A stretch of 64,000 nt of DNA from Chlamydiota bacterium. GTDB lineage: Bacteria > Auribacterota > Tritonobacteria > UBA1439. Position numbers and translations under genes: made by a program. The stretch lies in assembly GCA_012729785.1 (NCBI GenBank), contig JAAYCL010000044.1, forward strand, positions 34,752 to 98,751. The letters run 5' to 3'. Each line of letters starts with the position of its first letter. Positions within the stretch are counted from its first letter, which is position 1. Shown here in pieces: positions 9,213 through 19,518 of this stretch. The notes under the pieces are model-generated. The model was given only the letters and a program-made list of their open reading frames with translations. It searched no databases and was not told the origin of the DNA.

Positions 9213-11513
9213 ATGAGCCACAGTATTGAAGTCAAGAATCTCCGGAAGAAGTACCGGGTCTACTTCGAGAAGCCGGCGCTCATCCGCAACATCCTCCCGT
9301 TCCTCGTCTCCCAGGGGAAGGCGCAGGAGTTTTGGGCGCTGGACGGCGTATCCTTCTCGATGCAGAAGGGGGAGTGCGTGGGGATCATCGGCCCCAACGG
9401 CTCGGGGAAGAGCACCATCCTGAGCATCCTCGCGGGGGTCTCCGCGCCCACGGAGGGCGAGGTCTCGATCAGCGGGAGGGTTTCCTCGCTCCTCTCGCTG
9501 GGAGCCGGGTTCAACTTCGAGCTCACCGGGCAGGAGAACGTCTACCTGAACGGCGCCATCCTCGGCCTCTCGAAAACGCAGATCGACGCCATCTACGACG
9601 ACATCGTGGCGTACGCCGACCTCGGGAGGTTCATGAACGCCAAGCTCTCGACCTACTCCTCGGGGATGAACATGCGCCTGGGCTTCGCCATCGCCGTGAT
9701 GGTGCCGTTCGACGTCCTCTTGATGGACGAGATCCTCGCCGTCGGCGACCTCTCCTTCCAGACGAAATGCTTCCGGACGATGCGGAAGTTCTGGGAGGAC
9801 GAGGGAAAGACGGTCATCTTCGTCTCTCACGACCTCGTCAAGATCGAGGAGATCTGCTCGAGCGTCCTCTGGTTCGAGCACGGCAAAATCGAGGCGATGG
9901 GCGCGCCGGAGGAGGTCATCGAGGCGTACCGGGAGCGCTACCGTGAGAAGCTCGCGCTCGGCCCCGCGGTGAAGCGGCAGGCGCGCGCCGAGGTCCCGGT
10001 GCTCGTGACCGTGGACGCCGCGAGGGAGCTCCGGCGGATCCCGGAGACGATCTTCGGAAGCAACGTCGACATCTTCAGCGACGGGTGCATCGTGTATGAC
10101 GGGAAGCGGCGGCAGGCAAACCGGATGGCCCACGCATGGATCGCGCCGCTCGGTTTCACATTGTTCAGATACCCCGGGATGTTCCATGCGGACTATTTTC
10201 ACTGGCGTGAGGCGGTCGGCGAGGAGCGCCTCCCGCAGGTGTGCGGCACCTCCTCCTCGAAATCCACGCTGCCGCCCACCTTCGGCCCCGCGGAGTTCCT
10301 CGATATGTGCACCACGCTCGCCGCGGCGCCGATGGTCACGCTGAACGCGGGGACGGGCACAGCGGAGGAGGCGGCGGCATGGGTCTCGTGGATCCGGGAG
10401 CGTTACCGGGGGCCGCTCCACCTCGAAATCGGGCACGAGCTCTACTACGACGAGTTCCATCCCCTCGGGGCCGACTTCCCCTGGACTCCCGCTCGCTACG
10501 CGGGAGCCGTGGAGGAGTTCTCGCGCGCCGTGCGGGCAGTGGACGGCGAGGCGAGGATCGGCGCGCAGTGCTGCATCGAGAACGGGGCGTTCACGCGTTA
10601 CCGCGACCCCCGCTGGAACGAGGCGCTCCTCGCGCTCCCACCAGGAACGTTCGATTTCCTCTCTCTGCACCACGCCTCCCTCCCCATCCTGAACATCACC
10701 GGAGACTACCGCACCCCCGCCGACGCCGAGACCTACGGTACGCTTCTCGCAGCCCCGGCCTTCGTCGAGGCGAGCCTGGCGGCGCTGGCGGCGCAGGCGG
10801 CGCGCGCGGGCCGGGCCGGCATCCCCATCGCCCTGAGCGAGTACGGCTGCTTCTTCACGAGCGTGCCGAACATCGTCCACGGGACCCACGCGGTGCACGA
10901 CCGCTGCTCCGACTCGGTGGAGTGGGGGAGGAACCACACGCTCGCCGCCGCCCTATACGAGGCAGGCGTCCTCCACGCCTGCCTCAGGCGGCCGGAGGTG
11001 CAGATCGCGGCGCGCATGACCCTCTTCCATACGCTCTTCTCCAGTGTGGCGGACTTGCGTCGCCAAGCCCGCCACCCGCAGTACCTCGTGCACGAACTTC
11101 TCGACAGATTCGCGGGCAAGACGCTGGTCCCCTCGCGGGTGGAGACGAAGCGGATCGCGACCCCGGCGCTGGGCTTCGTGCCGGCGCTGCGCGATCTCCC
11201 GATCTGCGAGGCGGTGGCGGTGAAGGATGCCGGAGGGGGAAAGATCGCCCTCTCCCTGATCAACCGCAGCCTGGACAGTCCCATCAGCGTCCGGCTCGAC
11301 CTGAACGGCTTCGCGGCGCGCTTCTGCACCGTCAGGACCGTCTCCGCCGAGAGCCCGGAGTGCGACCACACCCTCCCCGGCCCCGGCCAGGTGGCGATGG
11401 GGCAGCAGACCTATCGCACGGAGGGGATGCGGGGAGGGGACGGGTTGCTGCGCTATCTCCTTCCGCGGCACTCGCTGAGCGTGATCTCCTTTTCCGACGA
11501 GGACTGGATCTGA
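9213..11513 (+). CDS. wzt: ABC transporter ATP-binding protein (Wzt/TagH-like NBD) fused to a ~500-aa glycoside-hydrolase-like (clan GH-A TIM-barrel-like) C-terminal domain
   Basis: Walker A GPNGSGKST, signature LSTYSSGMNMRL and Walker B LLMDEILAVGD lie in the first ~250 aa. The C-terminus contains LEIGHELYYDE and IALSEYGCFF, reminiscent of GH-A acid/base and nucleophile glutamates. Confidence 0.85.
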   Translation: MSHSIEVKNLRKKYRVYFEKPALIRNILPFLVSQGKAQEFWALDGVSFSMQKGECVGIIGPNGSGKSTILSILAGVSAPTEGEVSISGRVSSLLSLGAGFNFELTGQENVYLNGAILGLSKTQIDAIYDDIVAYADLGRFMNAKLSTYSSGMNMRLGFAIAVMVPFDVLLMDEILAVGDLSFQTKCFRTMRKFWEDEGKTVIFVSHDLVKIEEICSSVLWFEHGKIEAMGAPEEVIEAYRERYREKLALGPAVKRQARAEVPVLVTVDAARELRRIPETIFGSNVDIFSDGCIVYDGKRRQANRMAHAWIAPLGFTLFRYPGMFHADYFHWREAVGEERLPQVCGTSSSKSTLPPTFGPAEFLDMCTTLAAAPMVTLNAGTGTAEEAAAWVSWIRERYRGPLHLEIGHELYYDEFHPLGADFPWTPARYAGAVEEFSRAVRAVDGEARIGAQCCIENGAFTRYRDPRWNEALLALPPGTFDFLSLHHASLPILNITGDYRTPADAETYGTLLAAPAFVEASLAALAAQAARAGRAGIPIALSEYGCFFTSVPNIVHGTHAVHDRCSDSVEWGRNHTLAAALYEAGVLHACLRRPEVQIAARMTLFHTLFSSVADLRRQARHPQYLVHELLDRFAGKTLVPSRVETKRIATPALGFVPALRDLPICEAVAVKDAGGGKIALSLINRSLDSPISVRLDLNGFAARFCTVRTVSAESPECDHTLPGPGQVAMGQQTYRTEGMRGGDGLLRYLLPRHSLSVISFSDEDWI

Positions 11514-11547
11514 TCCTTGCGGGCCGGAGCGGCGGCCCGCACCCCCC

Positions 11548-12765
11548 ATGGACCATCGCGACGAACATCGGCTCGCAGGGATAACCGGCGGGTCCCGCGC
11601 CCTCTGCGGGCCCGAACAGATCCATCTCGATCTCACCAACGCGTGCACACTGCGCTGCCTCTGCTGCTGGCACCGCTCGCCGCTCCTTGCCGCAGGGGAT
11701 ATTCCCCCCCACTGGTCGCCGGACCACCGTCTCTCGTACGAGACGGCCCTCGGCGTCATCGAGGACGCGGCGGCGATGGGGGTTCGGCGGATCATATTCA
11801 GCGGCGGGGGCGACCCCCTCTGCCACCCCCGCACGATGGACCTGCTCCGGGCCGCGGCGGAGAGGGGGCTGGAGACCACCCTCATCACCAACCTCGTTGT
11901 CGCCGGGGCGGAGACGATCCGAACGCTTGTCGAGGCGCGCCTCGGCAGGCTGGCGGTGAGTCTGTGGGCCGGCGACGAAAAGACGTACGCCGTGATGCAT
12001 CCGGGCGCGTCTTTCGGGACCTTCGGGAGGATCGTGGGGCTGCTCCGGGGCCTCGGGGCCCCCCTCCCTCCGGGACGCGGGCCGCAGCTCATCCTGACGC
12101 ACGTGCTGTGCGCGCGCAACGCCGGGAATATCGAGGCGATGGTGCGCCTTGCCGTGGAGCTCGGCGCGGGCCAGATCTGGTTCCAGCCGACGGATGTGGA
12201 GACGCCGCGTCTGAAGCCGCTCCTGCTGGGCCGGGCGGAGATCGCGGCCGTCGTCGCGTCGCTCGAAAACTGCGCCGCACGGTTCCGCCCCCTCCTGCGG
12301 CCCGGGCAGGAGGGGCTTCTCGACTTCAGCCTGCTCCTCGGAAAGCTTTCCAACAGCAGGGCCCACGAAGGGGTCTTCCACTCCGACGTGATCGACACGA
12401 TGCCCTGCTACATGGGTTGGTACGAGAGCCGGATACTCGCCAACGGCGACGTGGTTCCGTGCTGCAAGGCGGACCGTCTTCCGCTCGGTTCTGTGCGCGA
12501 GCGGCGCTTCCGCGACATATGGTTCTCGCCTGCGTACGACGAGTTCCGGAGGCGGGCGCTGACCCTCTCCAAGTCGGACCCGTACTTCGCGAAGATCCGG
12601 TGCGGGAAGTTCTGCGACGACTGGTGGCTGAATGCCATCGTCCACCGGTCGTACCTCGGCAGCCGCGCGCGGCCCGGCGGGAGGGACCGGCGCGGGCCGG
12701 CCAAACGGATCCTCTCCGCGTTTCTCAAACTGGCGGGTCGGCGGGGCGGGGAGGGGGGGGCGTGA
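11548..12765 (+). CDS. Radical SAM / SPASM-domain protein
   Basis: 405 aa with CxxxCxxC (LTNACTLRCLCC). The C-terminal Cys cluster (CYMGW...VVPCC...KIRCGKFC) is SPASM-like. Confidence 0.85.
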   Translation: MDHRDEHRLAGITGGSRALCGPEQIHLDLTNACTLRCLCCWHRSPLLAAGDIPPHWSPDHRLSYETALGVIEDAAAMGVRRIIFSGGGDPLCHPRTMDLLRAAAERGLETTLITNLVVAGAETIRTLVEARLGRLAVSLWAGDEKTYAVMHPGASFGTFGRIVGLLRGLGAPLPPGRGPQLILTHVLCARNAGNIEAMVRLAVELGAGQIWFQPTDVETPRLKPLLLGRAEIAAVVASLENCAARFRPLLRPGQEGLLDFSLLLGKLSNSRAHEGVFHSDVIDTMPCYMGWYESRILANGDVVPCCKADRLPLGSVRERRFRDIWFSPAYDEFRRRALTLSKSDPYFAKIRCGKFCDDWWLNAIVHRSYLGSRARPGGRDRRGPAKRILSAFLKLAGRRGGEGGA

Positions 12766-13907
12766 AGGTCGTCTTCATCGGGCTCAGCGGCTATGACCAT
12801 CCGTACGTGCGGGTGCGCTGCCACAACTTCGCGAAGCTGCTCAGGGAACGGGGGGTCGAGGCGGAGGTGCTCTCCTTCAAGGAGGCATTCTCCCCCTCGG
12901 TCGCGGACGACGGGATGCTCCGCCTCCGCGACCCGCAGAAGCTCGGGCAGACCCTGAGGGCGCTGTGCCGGCTGGCGGGGAAGCGGCGGGCGATCCTTTA
13001 CGTTCAGAAGGCGCACTGGCATGCGGCGGCGCCGTTCATCCTCCGGAGGTTGCGGCTCAACCGGTTCGTCCTCGACTACGACGATTGGGATCTCGACCGG
13101 TCGCCGTTCTTCGACCGGAAGCGGATGAACCGGCTGCTGTTCGGGGCCGACGGCGTGGAGCCGATCACGCGGCGGGTGGCCGCCGCGGCGGACGCGGTGG
13201 TGGCGTCCAGCGGGCCTCTCCTCGAGCTCATGCGGCGGTACAACCCCGCCGCGTTTCTCGTCCCGACCGGCGTCGACGAGAAGAGGTTCAGGAGGACGGG
13301 ACCTCCCCCCGAAGGCCCCGTCACCGCGGTCTGGTGCGGGAAGGTATGGGGGCGAGTGATCTACGAGAACCTCCGTTTTTGCGTCGACTGCGTGCTCGAT
13401 GCGCGGCGCGTCCATCCGTCCCTGCGGTTTGTCGTCGCCGGGGACGGCGCGTGGATGGGGAGGATCGAAGAGTATGTCCGGGAGCGGGGCGCGGGCGGTG
13501 TCGAGTTCGCCGGATGGATACACCCCGACCGGATGTCCGATTTCCTCTCGCGGGCGCACATAGGGCTCCTCCCGCTGGTCCCCGACGCCGAAAACTCCGA
13601 TTGGATGCGGTGCAAGAGCCCGACAAAGCTTTTCGAGTACATGGCCATGGAGATCCCCACCGTGGCCAGCAGGTACGGGGAGGCGGTATCCATCGTCGCC
13701 GACGGGCAGGAGGCGTTCCTCGCCTCGGAGAGGGGGGAGTTCGCCGCGAAGCTGGCCGCGCTCGCCGGGGACGCGGGCCTCAGGCGAGCGATGGGCTCGC
13801 GGGCTCGGCGAAGGGTGGAGGAGAGATACTGCCATCGGGTGATGGGGGACGCCCTGCTGGAGGCGGTCGAGTGCGCGGCCGGCCTCCGCGGTCGCCTCGG
13901 AGGCTGA
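12762..13907 (+). CDS. GT4-family glycosyltransferase
   Basis: GTG 12762 overlaps the upstream stop (GTGA). The C-terminal EIPTVASRYGEAVSIVADGQEAFL and overall GT-B layout match GT4. Confidence 0.8.
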   Translation: MKVVFIGLSGYDHPYVRVRCHNFAKLLRERGVEAEVLSFKEAFSPSVADDGMLRLRDPQKLGQTLRALCRLAGKRRAILYVQKAHWHAAAPFILRRLRLNRFVLDYDDWDLDRSPFFDRKRMNRLLFGADGVEPITRRVAAAADAVVASSGPLLELMRRYNPAAFLVPTGVDEKRFRRTGPPPEGPVTAVWCGKVWGRVIYENLRFCVDCVLDARRVHPSLRFVVAGDGAWMGRIEEYVRERGAGGVEFAGWIHPDRMSDFLSRAHIGLLPLVPDAENSDWMRCKSPTKLFEYMAMEIPTVASRYGEAVSIVADGQEAFLASERGEFAAKLAALAGDAGLRRAMGSRARRRVEERYCHRVMGDALLEAVECAAGLRGRLGG

Positions 13908-13984
13908 AATGGCGGGACGGAAGCCGCGCGGGTGTGGTATCATCCGCTCGTGCATGGCGGCGGCCCGCGCAAGGGGGGGCAGGA

Positions 13985-15547
13985 GTGAAAAGTCCGCGTG
14001 AACATGACGCAGTCTCGCCGGGCGGCCGCGGAACCGCACTGACGCTCTGCATCTGTTGCCTGCTGGTCGCGTACGGAAGTTTCTTTATCCTGCTCGACTA
14101 TCTCCAACCGTTTGCCGGCGTGTGGCGCAATCCGATCTCGGTGGAAACGCTCACCTTTGCGCAGACGGGGAAGAACCTCGCGCGAGGCAGAGGGTTCACC
14201 ACCGAGTGGATCCTCCCCGCAGCCCTGCGCTACGCGCAATCCTTGGCGCGGGTGCCCGATCTGTATAATCCGCCACTTTACCCGGCCCTTCTCGGGGTCT
14301 TCTTTGCCGTGTTCGGCGTTCATTTCCACTCCATACTCCTCTGCACGGGGGTGTTGTTTCTGGCAACCGGGGTGTGCATCTATTTCTTCGCACGAGACGC
14401 ATTCGGTCCCTATGCGGCGATAGCCGCGGCGGCACTCTTCCTCTCCAGCGCGCCGATGCGCTGGTACGTCATCAAGGGCGAGAACATAGCCCTGCTGGTG
14501 TTGTTAATGACGCTGCTGTTCTGGAAACTCTACAAAAGCCGGATGAGCGCCCCGCGGGACGCCATGCTGATCGGCGCGCTGGCCGGCATGTGCTATCTCA
14601 CCGCGTACCCGTACTGGGTCCTGCTGCTTCCCCTCTGCGCCTCCTGCCTCGCCTCTTCCGGGGAGCGGAGGGGCGGGAACGTCCTTGCGTTGCTCGGCGG
14701 ATTCTGCGCCGTCTCGGCGTGCTGGTGGCTCCGCAACGCCATCGTCACGGGGAATCCGTTCTTCACGCTCCGCCTGGGGGCCGGGATATACGGAAAGGCG
14801 TTCACATCCGCGCTCGAGTCGGTCCTCAAGAGCGTTGGGGACGTGCTCGCCCCGGGGGCCCGGATAAGAAACCTGCGATGGCAATCCGGCACCCTGGTCA
14901 CGATGTACGGCAACTGGCTGATCGTTCTCCTCATCGCCGCCGCCTTTTGGAAATGCGATGACGCGCGGATGCAGTGGACGCGGCGGGTGCTGTACGTTTC
15001 CTGGGCGGCGATCTGGATCCTCGTGGGAAGCTGGACGTCTGTCATCGGTCCCCTGGCGGCCCTCCCGTTCCTGCCCCTCGCGTGTATCATCGTATCGGGT
15101 TTCATGTTCCGCATCGCGACTGCGGTAAACCTTCGGCGCGTTTCCATCTGTATCGCCATCACGGCGGCACTGGTCGTCGTCAACACCGCTCCCCTCCCGT
15201 TCTGGATCTACCAGGGGGCGGCGCCCTACGAATGGCCCGCCAGCGCCTACCTCGACACGGTCCCGAAAGAAAAGGTCTTCTTCTCCGACATGGCGCTGCA
15301 AATCGCGTGGCTCAAGGACAGGCCGGCGGTCGAGATGCCGATGGATGCCGGGGAGTGCGCGAAGGTCGCCTCGATGGCTCCCGGTGGCGTGGCGGTGTAC
15401 ATGTCCCAGGACTTCGGCGACGAGTACGGGGCCTCCTCGGCCTTCTGGCTCGGGATCCACGCCGCGGCGCGAAACGGCGTTCTGAGCCGCACCTTGCCGG
15501 CGCGACGCGGGGAGTTGTTCGGGGACGGGGAATACCTCTTCTACTGA
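13985..15547 (+). CDS. Polytopic membrane protein, PMT_2/GT-C-like glycosyltransferase paralog
   Basis: GTG 13985, about 520 aa and 10 or more TM helices. The loop ETLTFAQTGKNLARGRGF resembles the EYHWLAKNLCRGRG motif of the 17439 gene. Confidence 0.6.
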   Translation: MKSPREHDAVSPGGRGTALTLCICCLLVAYGSFFILLDYLQPFAGVWRNPISVETLTFAQTGKNLARGRGFTTEWILPAALRYAQSLARVPDLYNPPLYPALLGVFFAVFGVHFHSILLCTGVLFLATGVCIYFFARDAFGPYAAIAAAALFLSSAPMRWYVIKGENIALLVLLMTLLFWKLYKSRMSAPRDAMLIGALAGMCYLTAYPYWVLLLPLCASCLASSGERRGGNVLALLGGFCAVSACWWLRNAIVTGNPFFTLRLGAGIYGKAFTSALESVLKSVGDVLAPGARIRNLRWQSGTLVTMYGNWLIVLLIAAAFWKCDDARMQWTRRVLYVSWAAIWILVGSWTSVIGPLAALPFLPLACIIVSGFMFRIATAVNLRRVSICIAITAALVVVNTAPLPFWIYQGAAPYEWPASAYLDTVPKEKVFFSDMALQIAWLKDRPAVEMPMDAGECAKVASMAPGGVAVYMSQDFGDEYGASSAFWLGIHAAARNGVLSRTLPARRGELFGDGEYLFY

Positions 15548-15578
15548 GGGGCGTCAATTCCACTCCGTCTTTGTGAGC

Positions 15579-16196
15579 ATGTCGCCTTCGATACGGCTTT
15601 GCAGGGTCTACCTTTCGCTGCTGCTGTGCATCGGCGCCGCCTTCGCGTTCGTGAACGCGGCCGGCTACGCGGCGAGACGCTATTGGATCCCTTCCCGCGT
15701 CAGATTCGCCGTGATCGAGGATTTCCTCTTCTCCATCAAGGCGGGGGATGCCGGGCACGCCATCGAGCTTCTGTCTCCCGAGACGACCGTCGTGACGGAC
15801 GAGGAGGGGGAGATCATCGGGCTTGCCGAGGGGGACTATTTTTGCTCCCTTCGCGAGCTCGCCCGCTGCGCCATCGATGATGAGTATCCAGAGGGGCAGA
15901 TGTTGAGAAATGGCGCTTTCCTGAAGGTGATCAGCCGCCGCGCGGTCTCCCTCGTCTCCGCCGATACGCCCTTCCCGTGGAACGGGACAGAGTACCTGCG
16001 CAGGAGCCGCCGGGAGAAGATCCACACGGTGACCGCCCATCTGCGCGAGAAGATCGGCGACGACAGGAGCTGGATATTCGGCCTCACCGAGCTCGAACGG
16101 CTCACGAAGGCGCGCCTGATTCCTGAAAGGATGCCCCCCCCCGTGGAGAGGGCGCGCGTGCTTTCAGGGATCGAAAGACAGATGGCGCATGACTGA
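15579..16196 (+). CDS. Hypothetical secreted protein (N-terminal signal peptide)
   Basis: ATG 15579. Hydrophobic N-terminus SIRLCRVYLSLLLCIGAAFAFVNA. No recognisable domain. Confidence 0.5.
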   Translation: MSPSIRLCRVYLSLLLCIGAAFAFVNAAGYAARRYWIPSRVRFAVIEDFLFSIKAGDAGHAIELLSPETTVVTDEEGEIIGLAEGDYFCSLRELARCAIDDEYPEGQMLRNGAFLKVISRRAVSLVSADTPFPWNGTEYLRRSRREKIHTVTAHLREKIGDDRSWIFGLTELERLTKARLIPERMPPPVERARVLSGIERQMAHD

Positions 16197-17307
16197 ACCG
16201 GAGAAGAGCGGTATTCCCACCCTCCACAAGTTTCTCATCGCAGCCCTGGTCTGTATCGCCGCCTTTGGCCTGCTGGAGAACGTCGCGCGTTTCTGCGAGG
16301 TCGAGGTGTACGACCCCTACTCCCTGAAACAGCAGTTCGCGGGGGACAGCGGGCACGGCGATTTTCTCGACCTCCATAGCAAGTTTATACGCGACCCGGA
16401 TCTGTTCTGGAAGATCAGGCCGCATTTCGGCCCCCTCTCCTACAACCATATCTCGGCCACGATGTACACGGAGACCACGAATTCGCGCGGTTTCCGCGGG
16501 AGCGAGGAATACGGTTCGAAGCCGGACGGCGTCTATAGGATCGTCTGCCTGGGGGATTCATGGACCTACGGGGTTATGGTCAACGACCATGAGACGTATC
16601 CGGCGCAGCTCTGCCAAGTGCTCAACGCCGAGTCGTCCCCTCGCCGCTTCGAGGTGCTGAATCTCGGATGCGTTGGCTACAGCTCGTACCAGGGGAAGGT
16701 ACTGCTCGCCAAGTACATCCGGCAGCTCGCCCCCGACCTGGTTACGATATGCTTCGGCGGCAATGACGCGAGACGGTCGAGGCTCTTTTCCGACAGGGAG
16801 CAGCCCCGGATAGGGGAATGGGTCATCCTTGTCCAGTCCATGCTCGGCAAGAGTCGGTTCTATCAAGTTTTCAGGAACCAACTTCTTGGGATAAAGAAAA
16901 GGGCGTCGTTGGGACGGGAGGGCGCCGCGCCGATTCAAGAGTGGCCGCAGCGGGTTTCCCCGGACGACTACGAGGCGAACATGAGGGAGATCATCTCCCT
17001 CGCGCGGCAGAACAACTGCGCGGTTGTCTTCCTCTTCTATCTCGGGACATGCCCCTGCAGGGACAGGCTCGAGAAACTCTCCGCGGAGACGGGTATTCCC
17101 CTTGTGGATGTCAACGAGATCCTGTGCAAGAACCCCGACTACGCGGTTAAGGATCTCTCGATCGATTACCCCCGGGATACCCACCCGAACGCGAGGGGAT
17201 ATTCGCTGATCGCCCGAAAACTGGAGGAGGTGGTGCGCGAGGTGGCCGACGGGAACCCCTACCCGGCTGCCCCCGCGCCGCCCCCCGAGAACAATCGCCG
17301 CCGCTGA
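16189..17307 (+). CDS. SGNH/GDSL-family hydrolase (probable glycan O-acyl esterase/transferase)
   Basis: Block I VCLGDSWTYG and a later GGND block. Has an N-terminal TM anchor and an 8-nt overlap with the upstream gene. Confidence 0.8.
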   Translation: MTEPEKSGIPTLHKFLIAALVCIAAFGLLENVARFCEVEVYDPYSLKQQFAGDSGHGDFLDLHSKFIRDPDLFWKIRPHFGPLSYNHISATMYTETTNSRGFRGSEEYGSKPDGVYRIVCLGDSWTYGVMVNDHETYPAQLCQVLNAESSPRRFEVLNLGCVGYSSYQGKVLLAKYIRQLAPDLVTICFGGNDARRSRLFSDREQPRIGEWVILVQSMLGKSRFYQVFRNQLLGIKKRASLGREGAAPIQEWPQRVSPDDYEANMREIISLARQNNCAVVFLFYLGTCPCRDRLEKLSAETGIPLVDVNEILCKNPDYAVKDLSIDYPRDTHPNARGYSLIARKLEEVVREVADGNPYPAAPAPPPENNRRR

Positions 17308-17438
17308 TCCCTCGGGTGTGCGCTCACCCGCCTTGCGGGAGGGGCCTGTCGGGAGGCTACACCGGGAGCGCGTGCATCGCTGCATCGCTGGTGGTATACT
17401 CGCGCGGATCAGGACCGCCCCATCGGGAGAAGGCATCC

Positions 17439-19517
17439 GTGAACCGCCTGAGCATCTATCTCCTTTTCCTTGTCCTCGGCTTCGTCGCGGCGTTGGCCGT
17501 GCGGATCTCCTTCACCGACGACCTGTCGGGGATGGACCTCTCCTGCGGCAACTACGACGGGATGGAGTACCACTGGCTCGCCAAGAATCTTTGCCGGGGC
17601 AGGGGCCTGCGCACCTTCTCGGAGGGCGGGTTCGACTATCGACTGCTCCGCCCCCCGGGCTACCCGCTCTTCATCGCCGCGGTGTACTGCATCTCGGGGA
17701 TGCAATTCCTCCACCTCAGGATCGCGGACGCCGTGCTCTCCGCCCTCAGCGCCGTTCTGGCCGCGCTCATCGCGCGCGAGCTCGCAGGGAGGAAGGCCGC
17801 CTGCATCGCCCTTCTCCTCGCGGCGCTCTACCGCCCGGCGGCCTTCTTCGCCACGCGCATCTTCTCGGAGAACCTCTTTTGCTTCCTGATGCTGCTCTCC
17901 CTCCTGCTCCTGATCCGCCGCGGGAACAGGCCGTGGGCATGCCTCATCGCGGGGGCGCTGTCGGGCGGGCTTGTGTTGACGAGGCCGGTGTGGCTCGGGG
18001 TGTTCCCATTCGTTCTCGCGTGGGTCGCCGCGGCGCGGGGCCGGCGGATCGTGCGGTCGGCGTGCCTCCTGCTCGGCCTTGCGGCGGCGACGGCGCCGTG
18101 GGCGGCCTACTGCCGCCTGACGCTCGGCATGCCGGTTTCCCCTGTCATCTTCTCGTCGTTGCGGGGCCTGTACAACACCTGGCTGGCCTACAACCCCGAG
18201 GCGGGCGATTTCACGCAGCGAGGGCCCGAGGAGGGGCGGGAACTGGAGCACGAGTGGGCGCAGTTGATGGCCCTTCGATTCAGGTATTGGCGGATGCCGG
18301 AGGCGGAGTACCTGGCGGCCGTCTCCGCGGAGACGTCGCGTTTCTTCCGGGCGGATCCGCGGCGGTGCCTCTCGCTCGGCGTGAAGAGGGTGTACCGCGC
18401 GTGGCTCGGTTCCGGCCTGCTTGACGGCCAGGGCACCGTCCTCCCCGACACGGGTGAGAATCCGTACGGGATCATATACTGGAAGAGACGGATCTTCGAT
18501 CCGGCCGTGTACCTCGGCGACACGGAGATCATCGAGCAGCTCCCGTTCAGCAGGGAACTCCGCATCCTCGGCGTCCGCGTCCCGCTGCTCTCCTTCGAAG
18601 GGGCATTCTACCTCATGGCCCTCGCCCTCCTCGCCTGCGCGGCGCTCAATGCGCGGCATCTCGCGGGGAAGACAGGAGAGGCGGTGCGAAGGTATTCCCT
18701 CTTCGTGCTGGTTGCCGCGGGGTACACGGCCGCCAACACGATCTCCGTCACCATGCAGCGATTTCGCTTCCCGCTGGAATACCTTATGATCGTCGTCGCC
18801 GGGGCGGGGATCGCCTGCGCGCTCTCGCCGCTCTTCCGCTTTGTATGCGCGGGGCTTCGAACCCTCGGATTCCGGATCGCCGGCGAGCCGGAAGGCCCCC
18901 CCCGTCGGTTGGCGTGTCGAGTCGCGCCGAACGCAGCCCTGCTCGCCGGGGCGGCCGTCGCGGCGGCGCTCGCCGCGAGGTGCTCGTGGAATCTTCACGG
19001 TTTCCGCGAGGCGGTGAGGGCGCAGTGCGCCGTGCGCGTTTCGGATGCCGACATCGAGGCCCGGATGGGTCGGGGCGCGCGGGAGGGGGGAGGCGGGCCG
19101 GGGTACAGGGAGGTCTGGAAGCGGCAGGTGGAGGGCGCCGGAAACCTCGGCGGGATATTGGGAAAGGAGATCCTATGGCGGGGCGAGGCCACGTGGATTA
19201 ACCCCCCCTCCCGGGCCGATTTCCAGGGCGAATACTACCTCCGTTCGGCGCAGGCGAGGTTCGTGTCGGAGATGGAGAACCCCGGCTTCTTCATGCTGAT
19301 CGTGGATTCCTACCGCGACCCAGACTCCATCGGCTCGGGAAGGGCGGTCGTCGTTGCGCCCGGTGGAACGGTCGAACGGCTTGCGGAGGGGGACCACATA
19401 GCCGTGCTCGGCAGGCTCGGGGGCACCGATTTTGTCGAGGGATCGATCATCGTATGCGCCGAGGAGATTCTTGTTTTGAGCGGAGGGCGCGCGCCACTCG
19501 GAGGGGAGCGCGGGTAG
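17439..19517 (+). CDS. GT-C membrane glycosyltransferase, PMT_2 (GT39/GT83-like) family
   Basis: GTG 17439 follows GGGAGAAGG. YDGMEYHWLAKNLCRGRGLRTF...PPGYPLFIAAVY is the first-loop DE/YH motif, with multiple TM helices. The C-terminal ~200 aa are soluble. Confidence 0.75.
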   Translation: MNRLSIYLLFLVLGFVAALAVRISFTDDLSGMDLSCGNYDGMEYHWLAKNLCRGRGLRTFSEGGFDYRLLRPPGYPLFIAAVYCISGMQFLHLRIADAVLSALSAVLAALIARELAGRKAACIALLLAALYRPAAFFATRIFSENLFCFLMLLSLLLLIRRGNRPWACLIAGALSGGLVLTRPVWLGVFPFVLAWVAAARGRRIVRSACLLLGLAAATAPWAAYCRLTLGMPVSPVIFSSLRGLYNTWLAYNPEAGDFTQRGPEEGRELEHEWAQLMALRFRYWRMPEAEYLAAVSAETSRFFRADPRRCLSLGVKRVYRAWLGSGLLDGQGTVLPDTGENPYGIIYWKRRIFDPAVYLGDTEIIEQLPFSRELRILGVRVPLLSFEGAFYLMALALLACAALNARHLAGKTGEAVRRYSLFVLVAAGYTAANTISVTMQRFRFPLEYLMIVVAGAGIACALSPLFRFVCAGLRTLGFRIAGEPEGPPRRLACRVAPNAALLAGAAVAAALAARCSWNLHGFREAVRAQCAVRVSDADIEARMGRGAREGGGGPGYREVWKRQVEGAGNLGGILGKEILWRGEATWINPPSRADFQGEYYLRSAQARFVSEMENPGFFMLIVDSYRDPDSIGSGRAVVVAPGGTVERLAEGDHIAVLGRLGGTDFVEGSIIVCAEEILVLSGGRAPLGGERG

Positions 19518-19518
19518 T

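Noticed and set aside
7136-10937. Minus-strand ORFs 7136..9235 and 9135..10937
   Set aside because: Antisense to the methyltransferase, wzm and wzt genes, all of which have clear motifs. Translations are low-complexity.
12408-14039. Minus-strand 543-aa ORF
   Set aside because: Antisense to the GT4 gene. No motifs.
17409-18998. Minus-strand 529-aa ORF
   Set aside because: Antisense to the PMT_2-type GT-C gene. Arg/Glu/Gly-rich junk.
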